Positions 20,463 through 30,272 of a DNA stretch of 64,000 nucleotides are shown here, piece by piece; the first letter of the stretch is position 1; each line of letters begins with the position of its first letter. The notes beneath the pieces were generated by a model that saw only the letters and a program-made list of their open reading frames with translations, did no database searches and was not told the DNA's origin. The DNA is from Candidatus Eiseniibacteriota bacterium (GTDB lineage: Bacteria > Eisenbacteria > RBG-16-71-46). Position numbers and translations under genes: made by a program. The DNA is taken from positions 1 through 64,000 of the forward strand of contig JANMQY010000092.1 of NCBI GenBank assembly GCA_031370785.1, written 5' to 3'.

Positions 20463-21671
20463 TTGTGGACCACCATTGAGCGCAAGATCCAGGCGGGCGA
20501 GCGGCTGACGCCCGATGAGGGCGTCTACCTGCTGAGCGAGGCGCCGCTGCTGGAGATGGGCGCGCTGGCGAACGAGGTGCGGGCGCGCAAGACCGATCCC
20601 GGAACCGTGACCTACGTCATCGACACCAACCCCAACTACACCAACGTCTGCACGGTGGATTGCCACTTCTGCGCGTTCTATCGGAAGCCGGGAGACGCAG
20701 AGGGTTACACGTACGACGTCGAAGGCGTGATGAAGATGATGGCGGACGCTCAGAAACTCGGCGCCACGACCGTGCTGCTGCAGGGTGGACTCAATCCCGC
20801 AATCCCGTGGGAGTTCTATCCGACGATCGTTCGCGAAGCGCGCCGGCGCTATCCGGACATCACTCCGCATTTCTTCTCGGCGCCCGAGATTCACCAGATG
20901 ATGCAGGTCTCCGGACTCTCCATGCGCGCCGTGCTCGAGGCGCTCTACGAAGCCGGTCAGCGCTCGCTGCCGGGCGGTGGCGCCGAGATTCTCGCGGCTC
21001 GCGTGCGCAAGCGCATCTCGGTCAAGAAGGGCGGGCCCGAGGCCTGGCTCGACGTTCATCGCACCGCGCATCAGGTCGGAATGCGCTCGACCGCCACGAT
21101 GATGTACGGCCACGTCGAGACCCCGGCGGAAGTGGTGGAGCACCTGAACTACATCCGGGACCTGCAGGACGAGACTCGCGGATTCACCGCGTTCGTGCCG
21201 TGGTCCTACAAGCGCGGCAACACGCCGATGGAATCGAGGGTCAAGCACGTGGCCGGCGCCTCGCAGTACCTGCGCGTGCTGGCAGGCTCGAGGCTCTATC
21301 TCGACAACTTCGATCACGTTCAGGCCACGTGGTTCAGCGAGGGCAAGAAGACCGGACAGATCGCGCTGCACTTCGGCGCCGACGATTTCGGCGGAACGCT
21401 GTTCGAGGAGAACGTCCATCTCGCGACCGGTCATCTGAACAAGAGCACGATCGCCGAGGTCGAGACTCTGATTCGCGAGGCAGGCTTCACGCCCGCGCAG
21501 CGCACCACGCACTACCAGATCCTGCGCGTGGCGGAAGGTCCCGAGGCGCTCGAGCGACTGGGCGACGAAGTGCCGGTGTTCGTCGAGAGCCTGCGTGAGT
21601 TGCCCGCCGAATATCCGGCCGAGCTCGAGGGCGAAGAGCGGACCCCGACGGGGCTGGTCACGCCCCGCTGA
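20463..21671 (+). CDS. mqnC: Cyclic dehypoxanthinyl futalosine synthase (radical SAM)
   Basis: NYTNVCTVDCHFCAFYR, LLQGGLNP, PGGGAEIL, TATMMYGH, FGADDFGGTLFEENV; TTG 20463 with GAGGA RBS. Confidence 0.88.
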   Translation: MWTTIERKIQAGERLTPDEGVYLLSEAPLLEMGALANEVRARKTDPGTVTYVIDTNPNYTNVCTVDCHFCAFYRKPGDAEGYTYDVEGVMKMMADAQKLGATTVLLQGGLNPAIPWEFYPTIVREARRRYPDITPHFFSAPEIHQMMQVSGLSMRAVLEALYEAGQRSLPGGGAEILAARVRKRISVKKGGPEAWLDVHRTAHQVGMRSTATMMYGHVETPAEVVEHLNYIRDLQDETRGFTAFVPWSYKRGNTPMESRVKHVAGASQYLRVLAGSRLYLDNFDHVQATWFSEGKKTGQIALHFGADDFGGTLFEENVHLATGHLNKSTIAEVETLIREAGFTPAQRTTHYQILRVAEGPEALERLGDEVPVFVESLRELPAEYPAELEGEERTPTGLVTPR

Positions 21672-21882
21672 GGGCGACTCGAGCCGAATTCCGGGGCCGG
21701 CGGGCAAGACGTTCGAGCCTGCCGGAGACGACTCGGCGGCGCCGGGGGGTGGGCGAATCGGCCCGCGAATGTAGGTCCTGCCGTCACTTTTGAGCATTGC
21801 GACCCATTCCCGGTTCTCGAGCCGGGCGTCGCAAAGGGGCACAAAGCTCTCGGCGGCAGCAGGTTGAGTTTGCGGGCGTTAT

Positions 21883-21898
21883 CGGCTCAGCGATTGCA
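21883..21898 (+). promoter_or_regulatory. Putative sigma54 promoter
   Basis: CGGCTC-AGCGA-TTGCA (GG-N10-GC); TTGCGAC/GTCGCAA inverted repeat at 21797-21834 upstream. Confidence 0.4.
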
Positions 21899-22121
21899 TT
21901 AGTTTCGAGTTTGGACCAGTGCGTTCGGCCCGTGAAGAGCCGGCGCGTGGGCGCGGGGGCTTCTCACCTCGCCCCCACGGCCCGCACCCCTCGCGAGCGC
22001 CGGCAATCGACCGATCCGGGCCCTGACCACATCCCGGTGACGCCGGCTCAGCGCCGGGTTCTGCGAGCAGGCCGAATCGTTCACAGCACGGATGCCTTTC
22101 ACGAACTATCGAGGTTCAGAT

Positions 22122-25100
22122 TTGATCCGCTCAGTGCGCATTGCTTCGCTGGCCGCCATGCTTCTGCTTTGCCTCGCAGCCGCAGCGCACGCAGCCCTTC
22201 CCCCCGGTTTCGTGGCGGAGGACGTCGCGCCGGGCGCGGTATTCGTCACGCCGGTGCAGGTCGCCTACCTGCCCGGCGGCCGCATGCTCGTGGTCGAGAA
22301 GCGCGGCCGGCTCTGGACGGTATCGAACGGCGTCAAGTACCCGACCCCGCTCTGGCAGGCCGATAACGAGGTGCTCGACGAGCAGGATCGTGGCTTCCTC
22401 AGCGTCGCGGTGGATCCGAACTACCTCGTCAATCATTACCTCTACCTGCTGTACACGGTGGATCCGGATTCGAACGGTGTCGATGACAACAGCCCGGGGT
22501 TCGGAAGGCTCACGCGCTATCAGGTGAGCTTCGCGGACTCGAACGTCCTCATTCCCTCCTCGCGCACCATTCTCATGGGCACGACCTGGTCAGATGCCCC
22601 CGAGATCGGCTCGCCCTCGCACTCCATCGGGACGCTGCGCTGGGGCCGTGACGGAAGCCTGCTGGTGTCGTCCGGCGACGGGGCGCTGTTCGACTATCTG
22701 GACGCCGGCGGCCAGAGCCCGTCAATGTTCCTTCCAGGGCGCGTGCCGCCCTACGAAGACATCGGGGCGTTCCGCTCGCAGTCCATCAGCACGCTGTGCG
22801 GGAAGATCCTGCGGCTCAATCCCGCGAACGGACACGGTTACGCGAGCAACCCCTTCGCCGACTCGAACCTTGCGAGCAAGCGCTCGAAGATCTGGGCGTA
22901 CGGACTGCGCAATCCGTACCGTTTCACGGTGAAGCCTGCCAGTGGCCCGGTCCCGGATACTTCTCTCGGCCAACCCGGCACGCTCTACATCGGTGAAGTG
23001 GGCTGGGCGACGTGGGAGGAGCTCAACATTGCGCCGCAGGGCGGCCTCAACTTCGGCTGGCCGTGCTATGAAGGCCTTGGCCCCCAACCCTCCTACCAGG
23101 GCGCGACGCCGCCGCACAACGGCTGTAACTCGATCGGCACATCGGACAACCCCTCGCCGGTGACTGCGCCCGCAGCCACCTGGAACCACGATGACCCGAA
23201 TGCGAGCGAGCCACCGGGCGTCAAGGGCAACACCTCGATCGGCGGGCAGATCTATCGCGGGATGCTCTACCCGGGCCAGTACCGGAACAAGTACTTCCAG
23301 ATGGACTACGGGCAGAACTGGATGAAGGTCGCGATCATCGACACGCTCGAACACGTGGTCGAGTTCCAGAACTTCGCGGACAGCCTGAAAGGGCCGGTCG
23401 ATCTCGAGATCGAGCCGGTGAGCGGCAACCTCGTCTACATCTCGATCTACACCAGCAAGATCTTCCGCATCCGCTACACGGGCTCGGTCCCCGGCAACTC
23501 ACCGCCGCAGGCGATCGCGCACGGGGCTCCGACGGTCGGCGCGCCGCCGACCACCGTGAACTTCTCGAGCGACGGCACGAGCGATCCCGAGGGCGACCCG
23601 ATTTCGTTCAGCTGGAACTTCGGCGACTCGCAGGGCTCCTCCGCACCGAACCCCGCGCACACCTACACGCTGCCGGGCACGTACCAGGCGGTCCTGACCG
23701 TCACCGACACGCTCGGCCAGATCGGCCGCGACACCGTGACCGTCCTGATGGTCGCCTCGGGCCCCTTCCCGACGACCGGCGTGCTCGACAACTTCAATCG
23801 TCCGAACGGCGCGATCGGCAGCTCCTGGACCGGCGACACGAACGGCCTGGTCATCAGCAACAACCAGCTCACGCAGACCTGCTGCTACGCGACGACCGCT
23901 TGGGACGGCGCGATCTTCGGGCCGGACCAGGAGGTCTTCATCCACTTCAACCAGGCGACGCCCAACGCGTACGAACACGACGTGCTGCTCAAGATTCAGG
24001 GCACCACCACCTACGCGGGCCACATCGAGTGCCGTTGGGATGGAATCGGCAATGTGGTGACGGTGGACACTTACGATCCGACGACGACGTGGGTGAACTG
24101 GGGCACGTTCAACGGGGTTTCGTTCCAGGCCGGCGATACCTTCGGAGCGCGCGCCTCCGCGGACGGCACGGTGCAGGTCTTCAAGAACGGAATCTCGTTC
24201 GGCATCTGCTCGGTGGCCGGGTGGCGATTCGCGAACGGCGGCGGTCGCGTCGGGCTCACTCTGAATGGCGCGACCTCTTCGCTGCTCGACGATTTCGGCG
24301 GCGGCAACGCGGTGCTGGTCACCAACGCGAAGCCGCACGCCACGATCGGAATGCCGGCGGACAGCTCGTTCTACGCGACCGGCGACACGATCCGCTGCTC
24401 GGGCAGCGGGACGGACGCAGAGGACCCGCCGAGCGCGCTCTTCTATCGGTGGGAGGTCGACCTCCACCACAACACTCACGTCCATCCGCTGGTCGAGCAG
24501 GCGGACAGCACCGCCCTTTCCTTCGTTGGGGAAAATCACGACGACGGAACCGGCGTCCACCTCGAGATGCGATTCATCGTGACCGACACCGGTGGCCTCA
24601 GGGACACTGCCAGGGTTTCGATCTTCCCGCGCACCAACCTGACGCCGTCGAGCGTGCTCATCAATCCGGGTAATCCGGGCACGTCGAATCCGGCCGCCTA
24701 CCAGTTCTGGATCCGCAACCGCGAGGCGATGCCCTCGGCCATCTCGCGCTGGCGCCTGATCGCCGACAACACCATGCTCGCCCAGGGCGACACCGTCGTC
24801 CCCGGCAACGACAGCGTGCAGGTGACCCGCATCATTCCGCCGGTCCTTTCCCCGGGCAATCACGTGATCCGTGTGAAGGTGGACACGCTCGGCACCGTGG
24901 TGGAAACCAACGAGAGCGACAATGCCGCGACCCGGACGATCACGGTGGTCTCCGGCAACGGCACGCTGGGCGCGCCGCCGGTGCCGCTCACTTTCGCGCT
25001 CTCGGGCGCCACGCCCAATCCGGGCCCGGGGCGGGTCGCGTTCGCACTCCAGCTTCCGCAGGAGTCCCGCGTCGAAATGGCCATCCTCGACATCCAGGGC

Positions 25101-25265
25101 CGGCGGGTGTGGAGCGAACAGTCGCGAACCCTCGGCGCGGGGAACTGGACGCTGCGCTGGACCGGGCGCGATCTCGACGGGACTGCGGTTCGCTCCGGAG
25201 TCTTCCTGGCCCGGATCACGGTGGACGGTCGCAGCTACGTGCGACGATTCGCGATCCTGCGGTAG
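22122..25265 (+). CDS. Secreted PQQ-dependent sugar dehydrogenase (GSDH-like) with PKD, CARDB-like and FlgD-like domains
   Basis: Signal peptide; GSLLVSSGDG, GKILRLNP, WAYGLRNPYR, NFGWPCYEG; PKD FSWNFGD...HTY; VVETNESDN; TPNP...LDIQGRRV tail; start may be 22092, 22122 or 22158. Confidence 0.85.
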   Translation: MIRSVRIASLAAMLLLCLAAAAHAALPPGFVAEDVAPGAVFVTPVQVAYLPGGRMLVVEKRGRLWTVSNGVKYPTPLWQADNEVLDEQDRGFLSVAVDPNYLVNHYLYLLYTVDPDSNGVDDNSPGFGRLTRYQVSFADSNVLIPSSRTILMGTTWSDAPEIGSPSHSIGTLRWGRDGSLLVSSGDGALFDYLDAGGQSPSMFLPGRVPPYEDIGAFRSQSISTLCGKILRLNPANGHGYASNPFADSNLASKRSKIWAYGLRNPYRFTVKPASGPVPDTSLGQPGTLYIGEVGWATWEELNIAPQGGLNFGWPCYEGLGPQPSYQGATPPHNGCNSIGTSDNPSPVTAPAATWNHDDPNASEPPGVKGNTSIGGQIYRGMLYPGQYRNKYFQMDYGQNWMKVAIIDTLEHVVEFQNFADSLKGPVDLEIEPVSGNLVYISIYTSKIFRIRYTGSVPGNSPPQAIAHGAPTVGAPPTTVNFSSDGTSDPEGDPISFSWNFGDSQGSSAPNPAHTYTLPGTYQAVLTVTDTLGQIGRDTVTVLMVASGPFPTTGVLDNFNRPNGAIGSSWTGDTNGLVISNNQLTQTCCYATTAWDGAIFGPDQEVFIHFNQATPNAYEHDVLLKIQGTTTYAGHIECRWDGIGNVVTVDTYDPTTTWVNWGTFNGVSFQAGDTFGARASADGTVQVFKNGISFGICSVAGWRFANGGGRVGLTLNGATSSLLDDFGGGNAVLVTNAKPHATIGMPADSSFYATGDTIRCSGSGTDAEDPPSALFYRWEVDLHHNTHVHPLVEQADSTALSFVGENHDDGTGVHLEMRFIVTDTGGLRDTARVSIFPRTNLTPSSVLINPGNPGTSNPAAYQFWIRNREAMPSAISRWRLIADNTMLAQGDTVVPGNDSVQVTRIIPPVLSPGNHVIRVKVDTLGTVVETNESDNAATRTITVVSGNGTLGAPPVPLTFALSGATPNPGPGRVAFALQLPQESRVEMAILDIQGRRVWSEQSRTLGAGNWTLRWTGRDLDGTAVRSGVFLARITVDGRSYVRRFAILR

Positions 25266-25325
25266 GGTAGAAGGAGACTCGCGCTCCGGCTGGACGCGGG
25301 TGATCTCCAACAGGGCAGGCCGTGC

Positions 25326-26285
25326 ATGAGTGTCGCCCAACCGGGCGTCCAATCCCGTCTGACACCATTCACGCTTGCGTACCTGAGCCTCGCGCTGGCT
25401 TCGGGGCTCGGCCTGCTGCACTGGCGGATGGTGGACGTGCACAACCTCGATTTCATGCGGAGCTGGCACTCCGCAATCATCGAGGGCCGTGGACCGTATC
25501 CCGACCAGTACCGTTTCCTCACGTTTTTCCTGGCCGAGCTTCTGGTCCGGCTCGGTCTCCCGGTGACCGGCGCGCACTCGCTGCTCAGGCTGCTCTTCAC
25601 CTCCGCGAGTCTCTACGTCTTCTATCGCTACCTCGCCGGCTGGTTCAGCGCGATGACTTCGTTGCTCGGATTCTTCATGCTCGCGGCGATCCTGCCGTTC
25701 TCGTACCTGTTCTACCGCATGCAGGTCACCGACCCGCTGAATCTGCTGATCTTCATCCTTGCGCTGTGGGCGATGCGCGATCGGCGCGACCTCGCGCTCT
25801 ATCCGCTGGTCGCGGTCGGGATGTTGAATCGCGAGGCAGTGATCCTGATCCCGATCCTCTGCGCCTGCGTCCGCGCGGGGGTCGCGCCACTCCGTAGCTG
25901 GCTGCCACACGCGCTGGCGCTCGCACTTCTCGCGGCGGGAATCTACGCCGGGCTACGTCTTGTCTTCGGGCTGAGAGAGCCGTATGCGGGCAGCGGCCTC
26001 GCCTTGCTGCTGGGCTGCTGGAGATTCAATGCGGGACACTGGGCAGGATGGGTCCAGCTTCTGGCGTTCTTCAACCTCGCCCTGATCTTTGCGTGGCGTG
26101 GTCTGAGCCGGCGCCCGATATTTCTGCGCCGCGCCCTCTGGATCGTTCCTATTTTCATGGCGATCCATTTCTCGGTCGGGCATCTTCGCGAGATCAGGCT
26201 CTACCTGCCGTTGGTTCCGATCCTGGTGCCGCTGACGCTGATGGCGCTCGAGGAGCGCCTCGCCGGCCCCGCCCGGGCAGCCTGA
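25326..26285 (+). CDS. Polytopic membrane protein, GT-C-like
   Basis: PYPDQYR loop, TDPL, GMLNRE, REIRLYLP; about 9 transmembrane segments. Confidence 0.55.
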   Translation: MSVAQPGVQSRLTPFTLAYLSLALASGLGLLHWRMVDVHNLDFMRSWHSAIIEGRGPYPDQYRFLTFFLAELLVRLGLPVTGAHSLLRLLFTSASLYVFYRYLAGWFSAMTSLLGFFMLAAILPFSYLFYRMQVTDPLNLLIFILALWAMRDRRDLALYPLVAVGMLNREAVILIPILCACVRAGVAPLRSWLPHALALALLAAGIYAGLRLVFGLREPYAGSGLALLLGCWRFNAGHWAGWVQLLAFFNLALIFAWRGLSRRPIFLRRALWIVPIFMAIHFSVGHLREIRLYLPLVPILVPLTLMALEERLAGPARAA

Positions 26286-26289
26286 TCGC

Positions 26290-28047
26290 TCAGCGTGCGG
26301 CAGACCCGGCTGCGCTGGACCGGGTCGCACGGAGTGCTCCCCGGTCGGCCAGCGCGGGCTCGAGCGGCTTCAGCTCCAGCCACACGATCGTGAAGCCGTC
26401 CGCGCTCTTGAACTCCGAGACGCGCGAGACGTTCCACTCCGCACGGTGCAGCGCCTCGAGCGGATGCTCGAGCAAGTCCCTCCATTGCGGCCACGCGTGC
26501 TGCGCATCTCGGAACACCAGCAGCACGTGACGGAAGTCCACGCGCCGCCGGCACGCGGTGATCTGATCGGGCGACTCCACCAGGTGAATCACCGGGCGGC
26601 GCGCCTCCCAAGCGAGTGAGGGACCGAGGTTGCTCATCACCGGCTGGCCCGGCGTGATGTCGCGGCTCATCAGGCGTGCGATCTGGAGCAGGGTGAGGGT
26701 CGAGGGCACTCCGCGCTCGGTCGAGGTGAGCCGGGCCTCGCGATGGCCGAGCACGGTCTGGCGCGCCCCCCACCCGATCACGAGCAGCGCGACCGCCACC
26801 GAAAGCACGCGCCGCATGGAAAGCGACAGGCCGTCGGCGCGCGCGAGCAGCGCCCACAGCGCGAGCAGCCCCGCCGCCTCGACCAGCACCCGGGTGGGAA
26901 AGAGGTAGCGCAGCTGCGGCACGCTGATCGCGGCGGTCAGGACGCCGGCCGCGGCGAGCGCGAGCGCTGTAATGCCTGCCCAGCGCGCGGTGCGCGGTTC
27001 GCGGGTGGCGGCAACCCACAGCACCAGTGCTCCCATCAGGAGCGCGCGCGGACCGGTGAGCATCTGCAGCGCGAGGGTCGGGAGATTGCGCGCGACCTTG
27101 AGCGCGAGCAGGCGCACCGCCTCGAACCCGGTCGGCGTGGCGGGAAGGCTCGGCGCATTGAAGATCGAGAACCAGGTGCGGCCCTGCACGCCGTCCCACA
27201 CCGAATACCGCGAGAGATCCCACGCCGGGGAGCCGAACTCGCGCCACTTGTACAGCCACCACGGGGTGAGCGGCAGTGCGTAGCCGGCGAGCACCAGTGC
27301 GAGCGTGCGCGCGCGGCGCCCCGGCGGCGCCAGAGCCGCGGTTCCGAGCGCGAACAGCGGCGCCAGCCACAGCATGCTGCCCCGGAACGCGCCGGTGAAG
27401 CCCAGCTCGAGGCCGAAGATGAACGGGAGCCTGGGCGAGATTCCGAGCGCCATCGCTGCAACCGCCCCGAGCAGCCCCAGCGTGAACGGAAGCTCGGTGA
27501 AGCCACCGACCGCGAAGTGCTGGGCCTCCGGATCGAGAAGGAACGCCATCCCGACCATCGTTCCCGCCAGCACCCGTGTGATCAACGACACCTGCGGCGC
27601 GAATCGCCTGAGGACGTGCGAGGTGGCAAGCGCGAGCCCGACCGCGATGACGATGAAGCTGATGAACGGGATGACCAGCACCATCCACTCCATCTGATCC
27701 GGGCGCCTTGCATCCACGACCCGATCGTCGCTCACGCGAAAATCGGGCGGCGCGAACTGGAACAGGATCGCTTCCGAGATCACGAGCCCGGGCTGCACCA
27801 GCGCCAGCGGCCAGGGTGGCGTCGGGTGCCGTTCCAGCTCGACCGGCAGGGCATAGGTGGTGGCGAAGCGGCCGTGCCGGGCGAGCTCCCGGGCCGCGAC
27901 CGCGTACTGCGCGGAGTCGTAGCTCAGGATCGCCGAACGGTTGCCGAGGCTCCACGCATCGGCGTGAAGCAGCCACAGCCCGAATCCGGCCGCCGAGAGC
28001 GCGAGGAACATCGCGAGGTGGGAGAGAAAGCGCGGAACTCGATTCAT
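26290..28047 (-). CDS. Polytopic membrane protein, GT-C/PMT-like glycosyltransferase (putative)
   Basis: YDSAQYAVAAREL first-loop motif, FTELPF, RYLFP; about 11 transmembrane segments plus soluble tail. Confidence 0.6.
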   Translation of the reverse strand: MNRVPRFLSHLAMFLALSAAGFGLWLLHADAWSLGNRSAILSYDSAQYAVAARELARHGRFATTYALPVELERHPTPPWPLALVQPGLVISEAILFQFAPPDFRVSDDRVVDARRPDQMEWMVLVIPFISFIVIAVGLALATSHVLRRFAPQVSLITRVLAGTMVGMAFLLDPEAQHFAVGGFTELPFTLGLLGAVAAMALGISPRLPFIFGLELGFTGAFRGSMLWLAPLFALGTAALAPPGRRARTLALVLAGYALPLTPWWLYKWREFGSPAWDLSRYSVWDGVQGRTWFSIFNAPSLPATPTGFEAVRLLALKVARNLPTLALQMLTGPRALLMGALVLWVAATREPRTARWAGITALALAAAGVLTAAISVPQLRYLFPTRVLVEAAGLLALWALLARADGLSLSMRRVLSVAVALLVIGWGARQTVLGHREARLTSTERGVPSTLTLLQIARLMSRDITPGQPVMSNLGPSLAWEARRPVIHLVESPDQITACRRRVDFRHVLLVFRDAQHAWPQWRDLLEHPLEALHRAEWNVSRVSEFKSADGFTIVWLELKPLEPALADRGALRATRSSAAGSAAR

Positions 28048-28130
28048 GCGCGCACACTAACCACCCGACCCCTCTGCCGACAAACCGGGGCTGACTTGCA
28101 GCGCGTAATCCAACCCGGCACGCTACCGCC

Positions 28131-28778
28131 ATGAGTGCCGCTCCGCATCGCGCGGAATTCATTCATCGCTTCGCACCGGGACGTCCCGGCGCGAAGCGCA
28201 CGCTTCTGCTGCTGCACGGCACCGGTGGCGACGAGCACGATCTCGAGCCCCTCGGCACCCTGCTCGACCCCGACGCCGCACAGCTCGCACCGCGCGGCCC
28301 GGTGCTCGAGCACGGCATGCCGCGGTTCTTCAGGCGTCTGAGCGAAGGGCTTTTCGACCTCGAGGACCTTCGCGCGCGGACTCATGATCTGGCCGAATTC
28401 ATCCGTCAGGCCGCAACACGCTACCGGTTCGACCCGGGGTCGGTGGTCGCGGTCGGCTTCTCGAACGGCGCGAACATCGCGGCCAGCCTGCTACTGCTGC
28501 ATCCCGGAGTGCTGGCCGGCGCGGTGCTCCTGAGCCCGATGGTTCCGTTCGAACCCGGCCCCGGCACCGACCTGGCGGGGGTTCCGGTTTTCATCGGCGC
28601 GGGGCGCACCGATACGATCGCGCGCCCCGAGCAGGCCGAGCGCCTCGCCGCGCTGCTCAGGGAGCGCGGTGCCAACGTGACGCTGCACTGGCACCCGGGC
28701 GGGCACGGCATCGACCGCGCGACCGTGAACGCGGCACGCGACTGGCTTGCATCGTCCTTGACGGAGAGCCGCGGATGA
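28131..28778 (+). CDS. Alpha/beta hydrolase (phospholipase/carboxylesterase, MhqD-like)
   Basis: LLLHGTGG, PRFFRRL, GFSNGANIA, GRTD, GGH. Confidence 0.9.
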   Translation: MSAAPHRAEFIHRFAPGRPGAKRTLLLLHGTGGDEHDLEPLGTLLDPDAAQLAPRGPVLEHGMPRFFRRLSEGLFDLEDLRARTHDLAEFIRQAATRYRFDPGSVVAVGFSNGANIAASLLLLHPGVLAGAVLLSPMVPFEPGPGTDLAGVPVFIGAGRTDTIARPEQAERLAALLRERGANVTLHWHPGGHGIDRATVNAARDWLASSLTESRG

Positions 28779-29404
28779 CCTCCGGCACATCGTCCGACCT
28801 GCAGGAATCCGCCAGAGTCGAAGCGTTCAGTGACGGCGTGTTCGCGATCGCGATCACGCTGCTCATCCTCGAGCTGAAGGTGCCGCATCCGGGCGAAGCG
28901 CCGCTCGGGTCGAGGCTCGTCGCCCAGTGGCCGTCGTACGCGGCGTACCTGACGAGCTTCGCGACGATCGGCATCATGTGGCTCAACCATCACCGGGTGT
29001 TCCAGCTCATCCGCCGGGTGGACCACAGTCTGCTGGTCATCAACGGCCTGCTGCTTCTGGGAGTGTCGATCGTGCCATACCCGACCGCACTGATGGCGGC
29101 CTATCTAGGGGCTCCGGGGGAGACGCTGGCCGCACTCGTTTACTCGGGGACCTACGTCTACATCGCGATCGCATTCAACTGGCTATGGCGCTACGCATCT
29201 TCGCCGAAGCGAAGTCCGTCGCTACTGCGCGTGGCCCACGACGGGCCCGAAGTGCTTGCGATCCACGCGCAGTATCGGTTCGGGCCGCTCTTCTATGTTG
29301 CGTCGTTTCTGCTGTCGTGGTGGAACGCGAGCGCCGCCATGGCTCTCAACATGGCGTTCGCGCTGTTCTTTGCGATTCCGCCGCGGAAGGTGACGAAGAT
29401 CTGA
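28775..29404 (+). CDS. TMEM175-family potassium channel
   Basis: RVEAFSDGVFAIAITLLIL, IGIMWLNHH, PYPT; 6 transmembrane segments. Confidence 0.9.
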   Translation: MTSGTSSDLQESARVEAFSDGVFAIAITLLILELKVPHPGEAPLGSRLVAQWPSYAAYLTSFATIGIMWLNHHRVFQLIRRVDHSLLVINGLLLLGVSIVPYPTALMAAYLGAPGETLAALVYSGTYVYIAIAFNWLWRYASSPKRSPSLLRVAHDGPEVLAIHAQYRFGPLFYVASFLLSWWNASAAMALNMAFALFFAIPPRKVTKI

Positions 29405-29417
29405 AGCGCTGAAGCGT

Positions 29418-30272
29418 TCAGATCACGTCGAGCACGGGCACGCTGCGCATCACGTCGGCCGCCACGGCCGACTCGTAGAGCCGCGCGAGCGCGCGGCGCC
29501 CGAGCTCGCCCATGTCGAGCGTGAGATCGTTCACGTACATGCGCACGAACCTGCGTCCCTGTCCGGTGTCGAGCCCGCGCCCGAAGCGGAGCGCGTAGGC
29601 GAGCGCCTCATCCTCGTGTGCGTGCGCGGCCTCGATGCTCGAGCGGAAGCCCCGGCTCACCGCGCGCATCAGCTCGGGTCCCAGGTCGCGCCGCACGACA
29701 TCGAGGCCGAGCGGCACCGGCAGCCCGTCGCGCTGCTGCCACAGCTCGCCAAAATCCACGATCTTGGTCAGGCCTTCCTCACGGTAGGTGATCTGACTCT
29801 CGTGGATGATCACTCCCGCATCCACTTCCCCCTCGAGGACCGCCTGCGGAATCCGGTCGAACATGACTTCGACCGGGATGGATTCGGGGCATTCGATCCG
29901 GAGCAGCAGCGCCGCGGTGGTCAGCAGCCCCGGGATCGCGACCCGCTTCCCGCGCAGCGAGGCGAGATCGCGCGCCTCGCGCGCCACCACCACCGGTCCG
30001 TAGCCGAAGCCCATCGAGGCTCCGCACGAGAGCACCGCGTAGCGATCGAGCAGGTGGGCGTAGGCATGGGCCGAGACCGCGGTGATCTCGAGATCGCCCT
30101 GCTCGATCGCGCGCCGGTTGAGACTCTGAATGTCCTCGAGCACATGCTCGACCTGACAGCCGTCGATGCGCGCGAGCCCGGTGTGAAATCCGTAGAACAT
30201 GTACGCGTCGTCGGCGTCCGGGCTGTGTCCGAAGCGCAGTGTGCGCTGTCCCGCGGCGGAAGTGGTGCTCAT
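29418..30272 (-). CDS. mqnD: 1,4-dihydroxy-6-naphthoate synthase
   Basis: GHSPDADDAYMF, DIQSLN, GASMG.GYGP, PGLLTTA, IIHESQ, YVNDLT. Confidence 0.9.
   Translation of the reverse strand: MSTTSAAGQRTLRFGHSPDADDAYMFYGFHTGLARIDGCQVEHVLEDIQSLNRRAIEQGDLEITAVSAHAYAHLLDRYAVLSCGASMGFGYGPVVVAREARDLASLRGKRVAIPGLLTTAALLLRIECPESIPVEVMFDRIPQAVLEGEVDAGVIIHESQITYREEGLTKIVDFGELWQQRDGLPVPLGLDVVRRDLGPELMRAVSRGFRSSIEAAHAHEDEALAYALRFGRGLDTGQGRRFVRMYVNDLTLDMGELGRRALARLYESAVAADVMRSVPVLDVI

Noticed and set aside
6146..21671. F420 biosynthesis (cofH) for the two radical SAM genes
   Set aside because: mqnA and mqnD are present and the motifs fit MqnE and MqnC; no cofG/C/D/E seen
21797..21880. Possible c-di-GMP-I riboswitch (GGGGCACAAAGC resembles GGGACGCAAAGC)
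   Set aside because: No GGCAAAC or GAAA-tetraloop P2 and no matching P1; better explained as enhancer sites before a sigma54-like promoter
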